Assembly: GCF_006345805.1 (NCBI RefSeq)
Contig: NC_043022.1
Coordinates: forward strand, 9,548,001 to 9,612,000
DNA: 64,000 bases
From: Octopus sinensis
Lineage: Eukaryota
Direction of reading: 5' to 3'
Shown one piece after another: positions 1-12,850 of this stretch (position 1 is the stretch's first letter; each line of letters opens with the position of its first letter). The notes beneath the pieces were generated by a model. That model worked only from the letters and a program-made list of their open reading frames with translations. It was not told the origin of the DNA and ran no database searches. Both the position numbers and the translations under genes were made by a program.

Positions 1-144
1 GGAGTCTGAAGCTGACCTCTTTATGGATGTGAAACCATTGGTCACTCCCTGAATGGACATAAATTTCACTGCATGTAACTACATTACTGTTCTGTCTTTT
101 AGAGCGTACTTCTTTTTTCGGTATACGATCCACTGATAATATAT

Positions 145-466
145 TCTTTTATTCTTTCAATCATTTGACTGCAGTCATGCTGGAGCAACACCTCAAACTT
201 TTTTAGTCGAGTGAATCAATCCCAGTACTTATTTTTTAAGCCTGGTACTTATTCTATCAGTCTCTTTTGCCGAACTGCTAAGTCACAGGGATGTAAACAC
301 ACCAGCACCAGTTGTCAAGCAGTGATTGTGGCAGTGGGAGACACACAGACACAAAAATACACATAGAGATAGACACACACACACACACATATAATATACA
401 ACAGGCTTCTTTCAGTTTCTGTCTACCAGATCCACTCACAAGGCTTTGGCCTGCATGAGGCTATAG
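145..466 (-). mobile_element. SINE family A, 5'-truncated copy
   Basis: Reverse complement of the family A body and tail (...GACTGAAAGAATAAAAG) with central CA microsatellite; matches the full copies at 9.7, 53.3, 56.2 and 60.1 kb. Confidence 0.8.
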
Positions 467-727
467 TGGCTATACAAGTAAATCATCTGTTTTGGGCCAT
501 TCTTATAATGTCATCAGCTGTACTAATGAGGAAGAGTCGAAGAGTAACAAAAAAAAAAAAAGAAGAGAAATTGGAGGATTCGCCTGTGGAGCAAGTTTCA
601 AAATACATAACACTATATTATAACATGTATATTGAGCGCTTTACTAAATTTTGAACTTCTTAATTATACTATTGAGAAATTTCTGTGTATGTTTGTATAT
701 GTGTGAGTGTATATATATATATATATA

Positions 728-1210
728 ATCATCATTGTTGTTTAATGTCCTCTTTCCCTGCTGGCATGGGTTGGACGGTTTGACTGAAGACTGGCAAGCT
801 GGGAGGCTGCATCAGTCTGATTTGGCAACATTTCTTTATTGCCCACAAGAGGCTACACACAGAGGGGACAAACAAAGACAGACAAATGGATTCAGTCGAT
901 TATATTGACCCCAGTGCATAACTGGTACTTATTTAATTGACCCTGAAAGGATGAAAGGCAAAGTCGACCTTGGTGGAATTTGAACTCAGAACGTAATGGC
1001 AGATGAAATACCGCTAAGCATTTTGCCTGGTGTGCTAACGTTTCTGCCAGTTAGCCGCCTTTGGCGAGGTTTCATGGCTGGATGCCCTTCCTAATGCCAA
1101 CCACGCTGAGAGTATAGTGGGTGCTTTTTACGTGCCACCGGCATGGGAGCCAATCAGGTTGGCGCTGGCATCGACATGCTTGAATGGTGCTTTTTACGTA
1201 CCACCGGCAC
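728..1210 (-). mobile_element. RTE-LINE 3' UTR fragment (family C) split by a family B SINE
   Basis: CATCATTGTTGTTTAATGTCC...CATGGGTTGGACGG, then after the SINE GGATGCCCTTCCTAATGCCAACC; the same UTR is joined to an RTE ORF end at 29.0-29.5 kb. Confidence 0.7.
833..1062 (-). mobile_element. SINE family B
   Basis: Reverse complement of AAGGCGGC...CTGGCAGAAACGTTAGC (A-box-like), GAGTTCAAATTCC (B box) and the AATAAAGAA tail. Confidence 0.85.
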
Positions 1211-1428
1211 ATATATTGTAAGAATAAATGTTCTCTGTGTAAGACAGTTTTACCATACAGGTTTCAGCTCTTATTGGTAATCACATGGAACTCCCACTGT
1301 CCTGTGATCCCACAAGTTTGTGTGTGGCCCAAGGAAGGCTATAATGTAATATAAGAAGAACATCAACGAGGGGAAAAGAACATGGGTTGAACTTGTTCCT
1401 TTTCTCTTCTTTCATTATGTACATACTT

Positions 1429-1650
1429 AAGGTGGTGAACTGGTGGAACCATTAGCATGCTGAAAAAAAGTACTTGGCAGCATTTCATTAGTTTTTACGT
1501 TCTGAGTTCAAATCCCACCAAGGTCGACTTTGCCTTTCATCTTTTCAGGGTTGTTGAATTAAGTACCAGTTGAGCACTGGGGCTGATGTAATTGGCTAGC
1601 CCCTGCCTCACCCAAAATTTCAGGCCTTGTGCCTATAGTAGAAAGGATTA
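1429..1650 (+). mobile_element. SINE family B (diverged, short-tail variant)
   Basis: AAGGTGGTGAACTGGTGGAA...GTTCTGAGTTCAAATCCC...GGCCTTGTGCCTATAGTAGAAAGGATTA. Confidence 0.75.
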
Positions 1651-1720
1651 CATACATTTATGCATATGTGTCTTTGTGTGTACAGGTGATAAAAACAGGA
1701 AAATAGAACTCAAAACATGA

Positions 1721-1754
<34 letters not shown>

Positions 1755-2040
1755 CATCATCGTTTAACGTCCGTTCTCCATGCTAGCATGGGTTGGACGG
1801 TTCGACCGGGGATCTGGGAAGCCAGAAGGCTGCACCAGGCTCCAGTCTAATCTGGCAATGTTTCTACAGCTGGATGCCCTTCCTAACGCCAACCACTCCG
1901 TGAGTGTAGTGGGTGCTTTTTACGTGCCACCTGCACAGGTGCCACGCGAGGCTGGCAACGGCCACGGTCGGATTGGTGTATTTTATGTGCCACCGGCACG
2001 GAAGCCAGTCGAGGCGGCACTGGCATCGGCCACGATTCGG
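1755..2040 (-). mobile_element. RTE-LINE 3' UTR fragment (family C), young
   Basis: (CAT)n tail then CGTTTAACGTCCG...GGATGCCCTTCCTAACGCCAACC...; CpGs largely retained. Confidence 0.75.
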
Positions 2041-2477
2041 ATAGTATATATATATATATACCGTAAATGGTCCTTTTATATACTGAACACTGCTTGGTAA
2101 AATTATTAATTACTAATTAATTAATTTTACCCTTTATTATTATTGACTATATATATATATTGATAGTAATGGTAAGACAACAAAAGAATGAAAGAGACCT
2201 CGATATTATGTAAATAGAGGAATTTATCTGTAAATATAATTTGTGACAATTATTTTTTAGCCATGATAAAACTCAGATATACACACATATAGATAAATAG
2301 ACACACACACACACACACAGATCGATAGATATGTATATTTGTATTTAAGTGAGAGAAGTTACAAAGTGACTTGAGGGTCGAGAGTTTCGTGTATTAATTT
2401 GATAAGTGGTAATGCGGGAAACACTCGCCCCTTGAGTCACTTTGTAACTTTTGTCGATTAAATATAAAGGCTGTAGC

Positions 2478-2577
2478 TATATCTATCTATCTATCTATCA
2501 ATTGATCTATCCATCTGTCTATCTATCTATCTATCTACCTGTCTGTCTGTCTGTCTGTTGGTCTATCTATCCATCTG

Positions 2578-2617
<40 letters not shown>

Positions 2618-2619
2618 CC

Positions 2620-2673
<54 letters not shown>

Positions 2674-2778
2674 CCTGTCTGTCTGTCTGTTGGTCTATCT
2701 ATCCATCTGTCTATCTATCTACCTGTCTGTCTGTCTATCTATCTACCTGTCTGTCTGTTTATCTATCTATCTGTCTGC

Positions 2779-2813
<35 letters not shown>

Positions 2814-2820
2814 GCTATCT
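2478..2820. repeat. Compound (TCTA)n/(TCTG)n microsatellite
   Basis: Directly visible; source of the LSIY/LSVC ORFs. Confidence 0.95.
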
Positions 2821-3589
2821 ACATTTACACAAACACATATGCGTGCTCTTTTCTTCCACTCTCTATCCCTCTCTCTCTCTTTGTCACACACACACACACA
2901 CACACTGTGAAAAGTCATGTAGAGCAGCAGCAGCAGCAACAACAGCAGCATGAGCAGCAGCAGCAGTAGCGGCAGCGTCAGCAGCTTGTGTTTATTAATT
3001 ATGCTTGCTGGCAGCCATCACGAGCGAAGTAGTGTACACGCTGAGGAAGTGTTGCAAGTATCCATCTTTGTTGTTTTCATCATCATCATTACCTTCACCA
3101 TCACCACCACCACCATCATCATCATCATCACAATCATCATCATTGTCTTCATTACCGTTATCATAATCCTCTCCTCTCTTCCTCCTCACGGCCATCATCC
3201 TTATTGTCAGCATCCTCGTGGCCGTTGCCATTGATGTCATGATTATCATCTTCATCATTATCATCCTCTGTAGGCGTAATGTGTCAGAATGGAACCTTGG
3301 AGTTTCACTGTCATTCAATATCACAGGTGATTGCAATTGTAAAAGGAAGGTGGTGGGGTGGGGGTAAATAGTACACAGGTAGTGGTGGCAGGAGTAGTGA
3401 TAATTGTAATAGTTGTTGTTGTGTTAACTGTTGTTGTGGTGGTGGTGGTACTAGTAGTCACCACCACCACTACTACTACCACCACTGCTATTACCTGTAA
3501 ACAAAACTAGCAAGCTAACCAAGGAAGCTTTTACACGGGTTGCTTGACCTGCTTCTAATCACAGCTGAATCTCCCTGAATCTTATTGTT

Positions 3590-3999
3590 TTTGTCATCGT
3601 ATGTGTATATATATGTATGTATGTATGTGTGTATGTATGTGTGTGTGTGTGTATTTATGTATGTATATATGTATGTGTGTGTATGTATGTATGTGTGTAT
3701 GTCTGTGTGTCTATTTATGTATTTCTCTCCATATATATGTACATGTATATATGTAATGTATGTATCTTTATAGTATGTATATATATATAAATATAGATAC
3801 ATATATATATATCAGTAATGTATGTGTTTGTATGTATGTGTGTGTATATGTATATATATGATATATATGTATGTGTGTATATATATTTGTGTAGATGTGT
3901 GTCTGTAACTATATATATATGTATGTGTGTAGATATGTATGTGATATATGTGTGTAGATGTGTATGTATATGTATATGTAATATGTGTGTGTGTATATA

Positions 4000-4031
<32 letters not shown>

Positions 4032-4040
4032 CATACATAT
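3590..4040. repeat. Degenerate (TA)/(TG)/(TATG) microsatellite field
   Basis: Directly visible. Confidence 0.9.
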
Positions 4041-4783
4041 ATAAGAAAAGATCATTAAATAGTGCAATACAGTTGTATTGACTGCTATTTCCAGTAAATA
4101 TTGGTACTTTGTTGTACCACTATCCTATATTTATACACATATATATATATATATATATATAGACATACACACACTCACATGTATTTAAAGATGGGATGAT
4201 CATAAGCTTACTTGATCAGGGCTGGTCTGGATGACGAGAGAGAGATTGAGAATGAGGGGACACCTTGACAGTTAATGAAGAAGATTCTACAACAGGTATG
4301 GGGAACCTTTTCCGAGATGTGGGCCACATAATACACAAGTTCAGCATCAAGTAAAACACATAAACAAAACAAAGCAAAAAAAAACATTAAGGTAATTTTT
4401 TTGTTAGATGTTGCCATTGAGAAAGTCCTGCAGGTTGCAGTTTGGCCACAACTGTTCTACATGTTCAGTCGATCTGCTAGAAATAATTGTCAAATCTCCC
4501 GCAAATGTCATCTTACCGTCTTTGAAAAAGAGACACAAATTATGTAAAAAAAGAAAAAAAAGAAAAAAAGAAATTATGTAAAAAAAAGACACTAGATGAT
4601 GATGATGATAATGAAGTTTTGATTATAGATCTGCTTAACCAGGTTGGGCTTGGCCTGGCCTGAGTTAGGGCAAAACAATCGCAACAACTAGCGTACAGGT
4701 TAGTGGAAAAATCCAGAGTCTTTGTTGGACCACGATGTAATATCCTTTCGTAGCGGTCGTCTTAATAACTGCTGTTGCTGCTG

Positions 4784-4825
<42 letters not shown>

Positions 4826-5439
4826 GTAGTAGATATATTTGCTGTTTGGCTCTCCACCCTCGGGGGTGGGGGAAGACATCATCGAATGTACTTGTGATCA
4901 AGGATATTGTATCTGCATCCACCTCGTTTATATAATTTAGTCTTTAAAAAATAAATATAATGGTTAAGTGTATCTCGGACTAAACTATCCTGTGCTTGCA
5001 TGTCTCCTGTCCCCTGCTCCCACCTTTTCAGACAGTAGTAGAGTATGAGCTGAAAGGAATTTGGCTGCTGTTTCTAGCACGTCGAATGACACATGTAAAG
5101 GTCCTTTCTCAGGCACAAGACTGGTAGTTTTTGACCTGTCACTCCAATTATAAATTCCACACATATCTTGGATATATTACAGGGATGTAAAGTGACCCTT
5201 GAATAACTCTGGTACTTTAGTCTATTGACCCCCAGATGGACGAGAGGCAAAGATGACCTCGGCATGATTTTTTTTTATGATATGGGAGACTCCAATATAC
5301 ATTTTCCTCCCACTTTTGCAAGACAGTACAGTACAGAATTGGGCGGGGGTGGAGGAGATTTGGCTGCTATTTCTCGTCTGTCATGTGGCCACCTAGATTC
5401 CTCTCTCGTTGGCTTGGCTTGGTTTGTGATAATGGTGGT

Positions 5440-6200
5440 GGTGGTAGTAGTAGTAGTAGTGTTATTAATAATGTTTGTTTGGAGAACACCACTGCCGCCA
5501 CAACCACCACCACCACCACTGCTTCTAATATAACCACTACCACCACCAGAACCATCAATTCCACCACACTCACCACCACCACCACCACAACCCCCAACAA
5601 CAGTACAACCATCACCACTACCACCACCACCACCGCCGCCGTGACCACCACCTTTATTAGGGACAACATTAGCATTAGTTGTTAGTTTCGCCTGGTCTCT
5701 GACTCTGCAGACGTAGTAAGATCAGAGGCAATCCAACCGTGACCACAAGTATTGGTGTAGCACAAACTTACGCTGTCCAACTGTGTCCTGTTCCTGGAAA
5801 CGTTTTGGTTTTGAGGGAGATGCGGCTGCTCTTTCTAGCAGATTCAGTGATCTCGTAGACATTCTCGTTAGCAGTCATAGCAGAGTCACGTTTCGCAACC
5901 ACCACCACTACCACTACCACAACAACAATTGCTGCTGCTGCTACTACTACTACAACTACTACAACAATTGCTACAACTACTACTATTACTATTGCTGCTG
6001 CTGCTACCACCACCACCACCACCACCACCACCACCACCACCACCACCACTACTACTATACTACTACTACTACTGTTACTATTACTGTTGGGACTACTACT
6101 ACTATTATTACTACGGTTGCTGCTGATACAGCTACCACCACCACCACTACTACAAATACTACTACTACTACTACTACTACTGCTGCTGCTGCTAACACTA
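5440..6200. repeat. Mosaic trinucleotide repeats (CAC/TAC/TGC/CAA) with short unique spacers
   Basis: Directly visible; gives poly-T/V/H/Y/L ORFs. Confidence 0.9.
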
Positions 6201-6429
6201 CCACTGCTACTTTCGTTTTCTGCGAAGAAGCATCGAGATGTCAACAGCTTCAAGAGGCGACGTGAATGATTCAGCTGATCGCTCCTGCACCCGCTGCCTC
6301 CCTCCGCTGCCCACCCAGCCACCCGTCTACCTGCTCATTCATCGCTTTATTATTCCTCTCCGAAAAGTCCTTATTTTGCTCTTTGCCATTCTCAGACCCG
6401 TTTCTCTGTATGTCTTCCTACAGTCCAGT

Positions 6430-6591
6430 CCAGTTATTCAGTCTGTCTGTCTGTCTGTCTATACATCTATCGATCACTCGATCGATCTGCCTGCCTCTCT
6501 CTACCTCTCTCTCTCTCTATATCTATATCCACCCATCTATCTATTTATCTATCTCTCTGTCTGTCTACCTAAATACCTGTCCCTCTACCTG

Positions 6592-6625
<34 letters not shown>

Positions 6626-6757
6626 ATCTATCTATCTATCTATCCATCCATCCATCCATCCATCCATCCATCCATCCATCCATCCATCCATCCATCTAAA
6701 TATCTATCTATCTCTGTCTTAATACCTATCCCTCTACCTACCTACCTACCTACCTAC

Positions 6758-6805
<48 letters not shown>

Positions 6806-7000
6806 TTGTCTGTCCACCTAGATACCTATCCCTCTACCTGTCTATCTATCTGTCTGTCTGTCTACCTAGATACCTATCCCTCTACCTGTCTATCTATCTA
6901 TCTGTCTGTCTGTCTGTCTGTCTAGATACCTATCCCTCTACCTATCTTTCCATCTATCTATCCATCCACCCACCCATCCATCCTTAGTCTGTCTGTCTGT
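6430..7000. repeat. Compound (TCTA)/(TCCA)/(CCTA)/(TCTG) microsatellite
   Basis: Directly visible. Confidence 0.95.
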
Positions 7001-7219
7001 CAGATGTTTACCTCAGGCTTACTCGTTCACCCTCTGACCAGCCACTCATCAGATACCCACCTCCTTCATCCGCACACTGTCTTTTTTTACTTATCCACCC
7101 ACACAAATTGTGTGTGTAAATTATTTATTTATCTATTCTACATAACTCTCAAAGCCATATAAATTATGCCACACATCTACTTACGTATCTTACCGTGAAA
7201 ACTGATTTCTTTTTTATAA

Positions 7220-7283
7220 ACATACTACTACTACGGCTGCTGCTGCTGCTATTACTACCACTATTACCACTACCACCACCACC

Positions 7284-7318
<35 letters not shown>

Positions 7319-7530
7319 CATCACCACTACCACTACCACCACCACCACCACTACTACCAGATCACCACCACCACTACCACTACTACCACCACCACACAAC
7401 GAGGATGACAACCATCTCCCACCACTGCTGCTACTACTACTTTCACGACCACCACTACTGTTATTGATACTACTACTACCAAAACAATGGTGACAATGAC
7501 GACAACGATGACCACCACTACTATTACTAC
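7220..7530. repeat. (CAC)/(TAC) trinucleotide repeat field
   Basis: Directly visible. Confidence 0.9.
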
Positions 7531-8371
7531 TAGTCTTTGAGGAATCCTGTATAGGGTGGGGTGGGATCATTTGAAATAGCAGGTAAAACTCTCACATGGT
7601 ACACACTCTGCTGTTTTTGAAAGAAGGGAGTGGGTGGGGGAAATGCATTGGTTAACAGAACCCAAGTTACACTGTTTCAGAATAAATCCTGGGATAATCA
7701 CGGATGGAATACCTTTTGATCATGAGTCTACTTGGTCAGGAGCTGACCTGACCTGATTTGACCTGACCTTTCGTGAGATTTTCATACATATGGCTTAGAT
7801 ACAATAAAGTACCAGACGAGCAAGTGACTGGGATTGATTTAATCAACCCTTCCTGCTGGGGAAATCTCTGTTTTTTCTTTCTTCCCTTGGCCACCACCAC
7901 CACCACCACCACCATTTCACTGTACACTTTTCCATGTTTGCATGGGTAGGACAGTTTATTTGGGGTAGATTTTTTCCTATGGCTGGATGGCCCTCCTGTC
8001 ACCGACCCTTACCTGTTTCCATGCGAAAGTAATATTTTTCCCAAGGCCAAAAAGGATTCTTGTAGAATATAAGAAGGTACTTCACTGCAGGCCAACAATG
8101 CAAGTTTCAATTCCAGTCTGTTCCAGTCTTTTAGGTAGCGTTTTCAGTGTTGTTCCAAGGGCACTAATTAGTGCAGAAATAATTATCTTGATCTTCCAGT
8201 TTCCTCAGCTGATATTTTTCAATTTTTTCAATTTCTTTGGTCTCAACTCTGCTATCAAAGGGAATTGCAAAATCTGTTATCTTACACACTTTGTTTATTT
8301 TGTCCTCTATTATCATATCTGGTCTTCTTGCTTCAGTGATATGGTCAATCTTTATGAGGAAATCCCACAAG

Positions 8372-8912
8372 CAGGGGTGTAGCTAGGGTAAATGGCACCC
8401 AGGGCAAGCATCAAAATTGCTTTCCTCTCACCCAACCAAAAAATGGAAACTCACATAGATAAAATGAATAACTGGTTTTAAAAATTACGGAGATGTACTT
8501 GCATAGCGAGTGACTTGATCTGAGAACGAAACAATTGCAGCGTGGAAGGTGTTTATAAGCCATTTAAGAAACACACAAAAACCGTTAGATTCACTTCAAC
8601 ATTTAAATTTAATTTGTCAAAATATTTTCGCCGCTTTGAAGTCGCGACCTGTTCACTGACAAAACTTCGTGCTGCAGTTGAAGTGAATCTAACGGTTTTT
8701 GTGTGTTTCTTAAATGGCTTATAAACACCTTCCATGCTGCAATTGGTTTTAAAAAATTGCATGACAATAAATGAAATAAGCCATGCCTGAAAAGGTTTAA
8801 AAATTATTTTTTACTGGCTTAATTAGAAAATGATCTTGGTCAAAATTGCACCCCTGCTCAAAGTTGCATCCAGGGCATGTGCCCTACTTACCCCACCCTA
8901 GCTACGCACCTG
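8372..8912. mobile_element. hAT-like MITE with 8-bp TSD
   Basis: TIRs CAGGGGTGTAGCTAGGGT / ACCCTAGCTACGCACCTG; flanks CCCACAAG and TCCAAAAG (6/8 match). Confidence 0.8.
8487..8743. mobile_element. Interspersed element with a 69-bp fold-back, nested in the hAT-like MITE
   Basis: Flanked by TGGTTTTAAAAA(A)TT direct repeats (8473-8486, 8744-8758); 8532-8600 and 8677-8745 are inverted repeats with 68/69 identity. Confidence 0.65.
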
Positions 8913-9148
8913 TCCAAAAGAGCTTGTAATTTTTATTTTCTATCACATCTTCTGGTTCATGTTCATACCACTTTTCCATTGTTTTGAAGTCACACGCTCA
9001 TAACTGAAACAAATAAAAGCTAAAAAAACTAAAACAAAATATACCATCAAATAGGATTTCCATGCAGTAACATGACTTTCCATCCCAAGGCATGTGTTCA
9101 TATGGAGTTCTTGCTCATTGTCATATATTATTATATTGAGCACTTTAA

Positions 9149-10276
9149 CCCTTCGTGGGCTGGTGGGGTTGGAATTACACAAAAGGCCATTGGGGTCCCA
9201 AGGGACGCCCTTTTATTTTTGTGCATTTCCACACTATCCATAAAGTAATATTTCTTTAATCTTGTATATATGTGTGAGTGCATGATACAGAACAAGAAAT
9301 TTAGCACTTCTTTTTATCATCATAATCATTGTTTAATGTTCGCTTTCCATGCTGGCATGGGTTGGACGGTTTGACTGAGGACTGGCAAGCCAGATGGCTG
9401 CACCAGGCTCCAATCTGATCTGGCAGAGTTTCTACAGCTGAATACCCTTCTTAATGCCATAGTTTTATAAACTATACATATAGCACTAAATATAAAATAA
9501 AACAAAATTATTTAGTATATTGATTCATACAAGTACAAATACGAAGAAAATTGACTTATAGTTCGTCAGAATATCTGAAAAAAGAACAGAAAAATAATAA
9601 TTTCACAGAAGGCCAATGGGGTTCAGTTAGACCCCAATGATCATATTTTATGCTATAACATCCATATGACTGGATATTTTTAACTTGATTGAGCATACTT
9701 AAACTATTACTCCTTTACTCTTTTACTTGTTTCAGTCATTTTGACTGTGGCCATGCTGGAGCACCGCCTTTAGTCGAGCAAATCGACCCTGGGACTTATT
9801 CTTTGTAAGCCCAGTACTTATTCTATCGGTCTCTTTTTGCCGAACCGCTAAGTGACGGGGACGTAAACACACCAGCATCGGCTGTCAAGCAATGCTAGTG
9901 GGACAAACACAGACACACAGACATATACATACACATACATATATATATATATATATATAATATATATATATATATAATATATATATACATACATACGACA
10001 GGCTTCTTTCAGTTTCCGTCTACCAAATCCACTCACAAGGCTTTGGTTGGCCCAAGGCTATAGCAGAAGACACTTGCCCAAGATGCCACGCAGTGGGACT
10101 GAACCCGGAACCATGTGGTTGGTTAGCAAGCTACTTACCACACAGCCACTCCTGCGCCTATAAACAATTGACAATAAAAGTTATGAGATATAAAACCATC
10201 TAAATAAAAAATATAAAAGTTGCATAACTTTTAAAATTTGGTGGGATCCTAGGAGACCCAGTTGGTCCACGAAGGG
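9149..10276. mobile_element. piggyBac-like MITE (TTAA TSD) carrying nested family C and family A retroposons
   Basis: TTAA|CCCTTCGTGGGC ... GTCCACGAAGGG|TTAA. Confidence 0.85.
9709..10158 (-). mobile_element. SINE family A, full-length, young
   Basis: Minus strand GGCGCAGGAGTGGCTGTGTGGTAAG (A-box-like), GGTTCAGTCCC (B-box-like), central TA/CA microsatellite, TAAAAGAG-type tail; CpGs retained. Confidence 0.9.
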
Positions 10277-10299
10277 TTAATAGGCATTTCGACACACAT

Positions 10300-10505
10300 A
10301 AGGCAGCAAGTTGGCAGAATTGTTAACTTGCCAGTCAAAGTGTTTATGTGGCATTTCGTCCGTCTCACATTCTGTATTCAAATTCCGCTGAGGTCGTCGT
10401 TGCTTTACATCCTTTTGGATTTGATAAAATAAGTACCAGTTATGCACTGGGGTCGATCTAATCAACTTACCCTCTCCTTTGGAATTTCTGTCCCTGTGCC
10501 AAAAC
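10300..10505 (+). mobile_element. SINE family B
   Basis: AAGGCAGCAAGTTGGCAGAA...TTCAAATTCCGCTGAGGTCG...AAGTACCAGTT. Confidence 0.75.
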
Positions 10506-10599
10506 CTGAAACCAGTAACAAAACACACACGTTAAAGACGAAGGATACATTAGAGAATTTTGGTGTATCTTGGGAGGGTCATTATGTCAATAACAAACA

Positions 10600-10970
10600 C
10601 GCGCGCTGGTTTTATTTGACTTTTTTTTTTTTTTGTCGGTTAATAATTTAACAAATGGGTTGTTTGAAAAATCGTTCTCTCAGTCAATCAATCAATCAGC
10701 TTGATTTGTCAAGGTCCTTTCGTCGTCATTCACCATCTCATCAATGATATACGCTCTCTCTCTCTCTCTCTACTCCAGGTCTGCTTCGAATGTGCATGCT
10801 TGTATAAACACACACACACACGCGCACAGTGGATGCCGCTTACTTTGAATACAAATGCGAAACTCTTCCAATAACAATAACTGGATCGTATTAAGCAAAT
10901 TGTGTTCTGGGCCCACACATTTCATGGCAATAATATATCGGTTGATAGCATTATGCATCATTATGGCTTC

Positions 10971-11015
<45 letters not shown>

Positions 11016-12209
11016 CGCGCGCACGCGCAAAACCAACTTATGTAAATTTCGTAGTCTTTTAAAAGACATCGATGATTTATCTCTCTCTCTCTGTTTTTTT
11101 TTTTTAATCGTTTTGTTCTCGCTAATGTATTTAAATGGTTCTTCTGTTGTGTTACACTTCTGAAGTTATCATCATCATCAGCTTCCGGCTCTCTTTCTGA
11201 GTTCATATTCAGCCGAGGGCAACTTTGCCTTTCATCTTTGCAGGTATGAAAATCAAAAATATAAAAAAAAAAACCCAAATAACAAAACAAAACAAACAAA
11301 TGAAAAAGCAAACAAAAACACCCAACAAAAACACCGCCTCCCCCCGCAACCTTTCGGTATTGGTACACGACATCATTCACCCACGCAACTTTCCCTCATG
11401 ACATAAAGAGGTTAAAGTGAAAAGGAGGGCGAATGACGTCGTCTCCTCACACCGACCCTCCGGAGGCCAATATCGAAGGCACGCTAAATAAATTTATTAA
11501 AGGACCAGTCACGTACTTGAATCCTCCTCACATAATTGCTGGTGTTCGTCTCTTCATCCCAATCATCGTCATCATCACCAACAACAACAACGAAAGGTTA
11601 GTGGTAAAAAATTAACGGAACGTCGGACAAAAAAATAAAAAATGTCCCGTGGTATTTGTTCCGGCTCTTTTATGTTCTGGCTTTGTAATCCAGTCGAGAC
11701 GTAGCCTTTGCCTTTTTCATCCATCACCCCGCCGCTGGTCTGAATGGATGAAATCGAGTACAGGGATCGATTATATCGATTAACCCCCCCCCCCAACCCA
11801 TCTTACCCACCGCCCTGCTCTTCAAAATTGCTGGCTTGTCACCCAGAAATCTGATGTAGAATATTAATTGTCAACGAAGCAATAACCATCTGTATGGTAC
11901 GAGTAGAAATTTCATTTTAAAAATAGCCCCAACAACCACATCACGGAATTTTGAATTTGTCTTGAACTCTTACTGCTTTTAGTTGTGTAAGCACCTGGAT
12001 GGACGTGGTAGTAGTTAGAGGTGATGATAGATGGTGTGAGGAACTTATATATATACATACATGCACGCACTTTCACTTTCTGTCTTCCATATACCGTCAC
12101 ACATAAGAAAACAAGAATGAAATTTCTTGGTGTTAGCTATTATAATAGCTTCTCGGTTTCCTGTGTGTGTGTGTGTACACCCATTCATTCATTTATGCAT
12201 CAAACGCGC

Positions 12210-12245
<36 letters not shown>

Positions 12246-12303
12246 CTATCTATCTATCTATCTATCTATCTATATCTATCTATCTATCAATCATGTACGC
12301 TAC

Positions 12304-12339
<36 letters not shown>

Positions 12340-12461
12340 TCTCTTCCTTACACTCTATCTCCTCTCTACACTCATATAAGGATATTCCTACATCCGTCTC
12401 CCTCTTTACGTAAAGGCATAAACAAAAATATATGTACACCATGATATATCTGTGTGTACGT

Positions 12462-12492
<31 letters not shown>

Positions 12493-12615
12493 CATTCTCT
12501 TTCCCTCTCTTCCCACACACATACACACAATTATATTCGGACTACACCCGTCCCCCTCTTTACGTAAAGGCATAAACAAAAATATATGTACACCATGATA
12601 TATCTGTGTGTACGT

Positions 12616-12646
<31 letters not shown>

Positions 12647-12814
12647 CATTCTCTTTCCCTCTCTTCCCACACACATACACACAATTATATTCGGACTACA
12701 CCCGTCCCCCTCTTTACGTAAAGGCATAAACAAAAATATATGTGCAAATTTTATGCTAATAATATATGCCGACCTGTCAAATTATCATTATGTATGTGTA
12801 CACACGCACGCACA

Positions 12815-12850
<36 letters not shown>

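Larger units (their letters stand above)
8050..8990 (-). pseudogene. Decayed restriction-like endonuclease (RLE) domain of a non-LTR retrotransposon, interrupted by a MITE
   Basis: Minus-strand translation KWYEHEPEDVIENKNYKL / LWDFLIKIDHITEARRPDMIIEDK...DFAIPFDSRVETKEIEKIEKYQ, then after a frameshift ALGTTLKTLPKRLEQTGIET...LYSTRIL. This is the RPD..D..K..KY RLE motif of R2/R4/NeSL-group elements. Confidence 0.85.

Noticed and set aside
4850-4940. EGF-like peptide ECTCDQGY on the + strand
   Set aside because: The rest of the cysteine pattern is missing, a stop follows shortly, and splice sites are weak.
4212-7200. Minus-strand exon chain from strong donors at 4212, about 7185 and 10844
   Set aside because: No consistent acceptors or coherent reading frame could be assembled.
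2451-7570. Long ORFs (LSIY repeats, poly-Q/T/V/H)
   Set aside because: Translations of stop-free microsatellites; the same applies at 32, 45.6, 52.3 and 55.5 kb.
8542-8762. Near-identical peptides MEGVYKPFKKHTK on both strands
   Set aside because: A by-product of the 69-bp inverted repeat.
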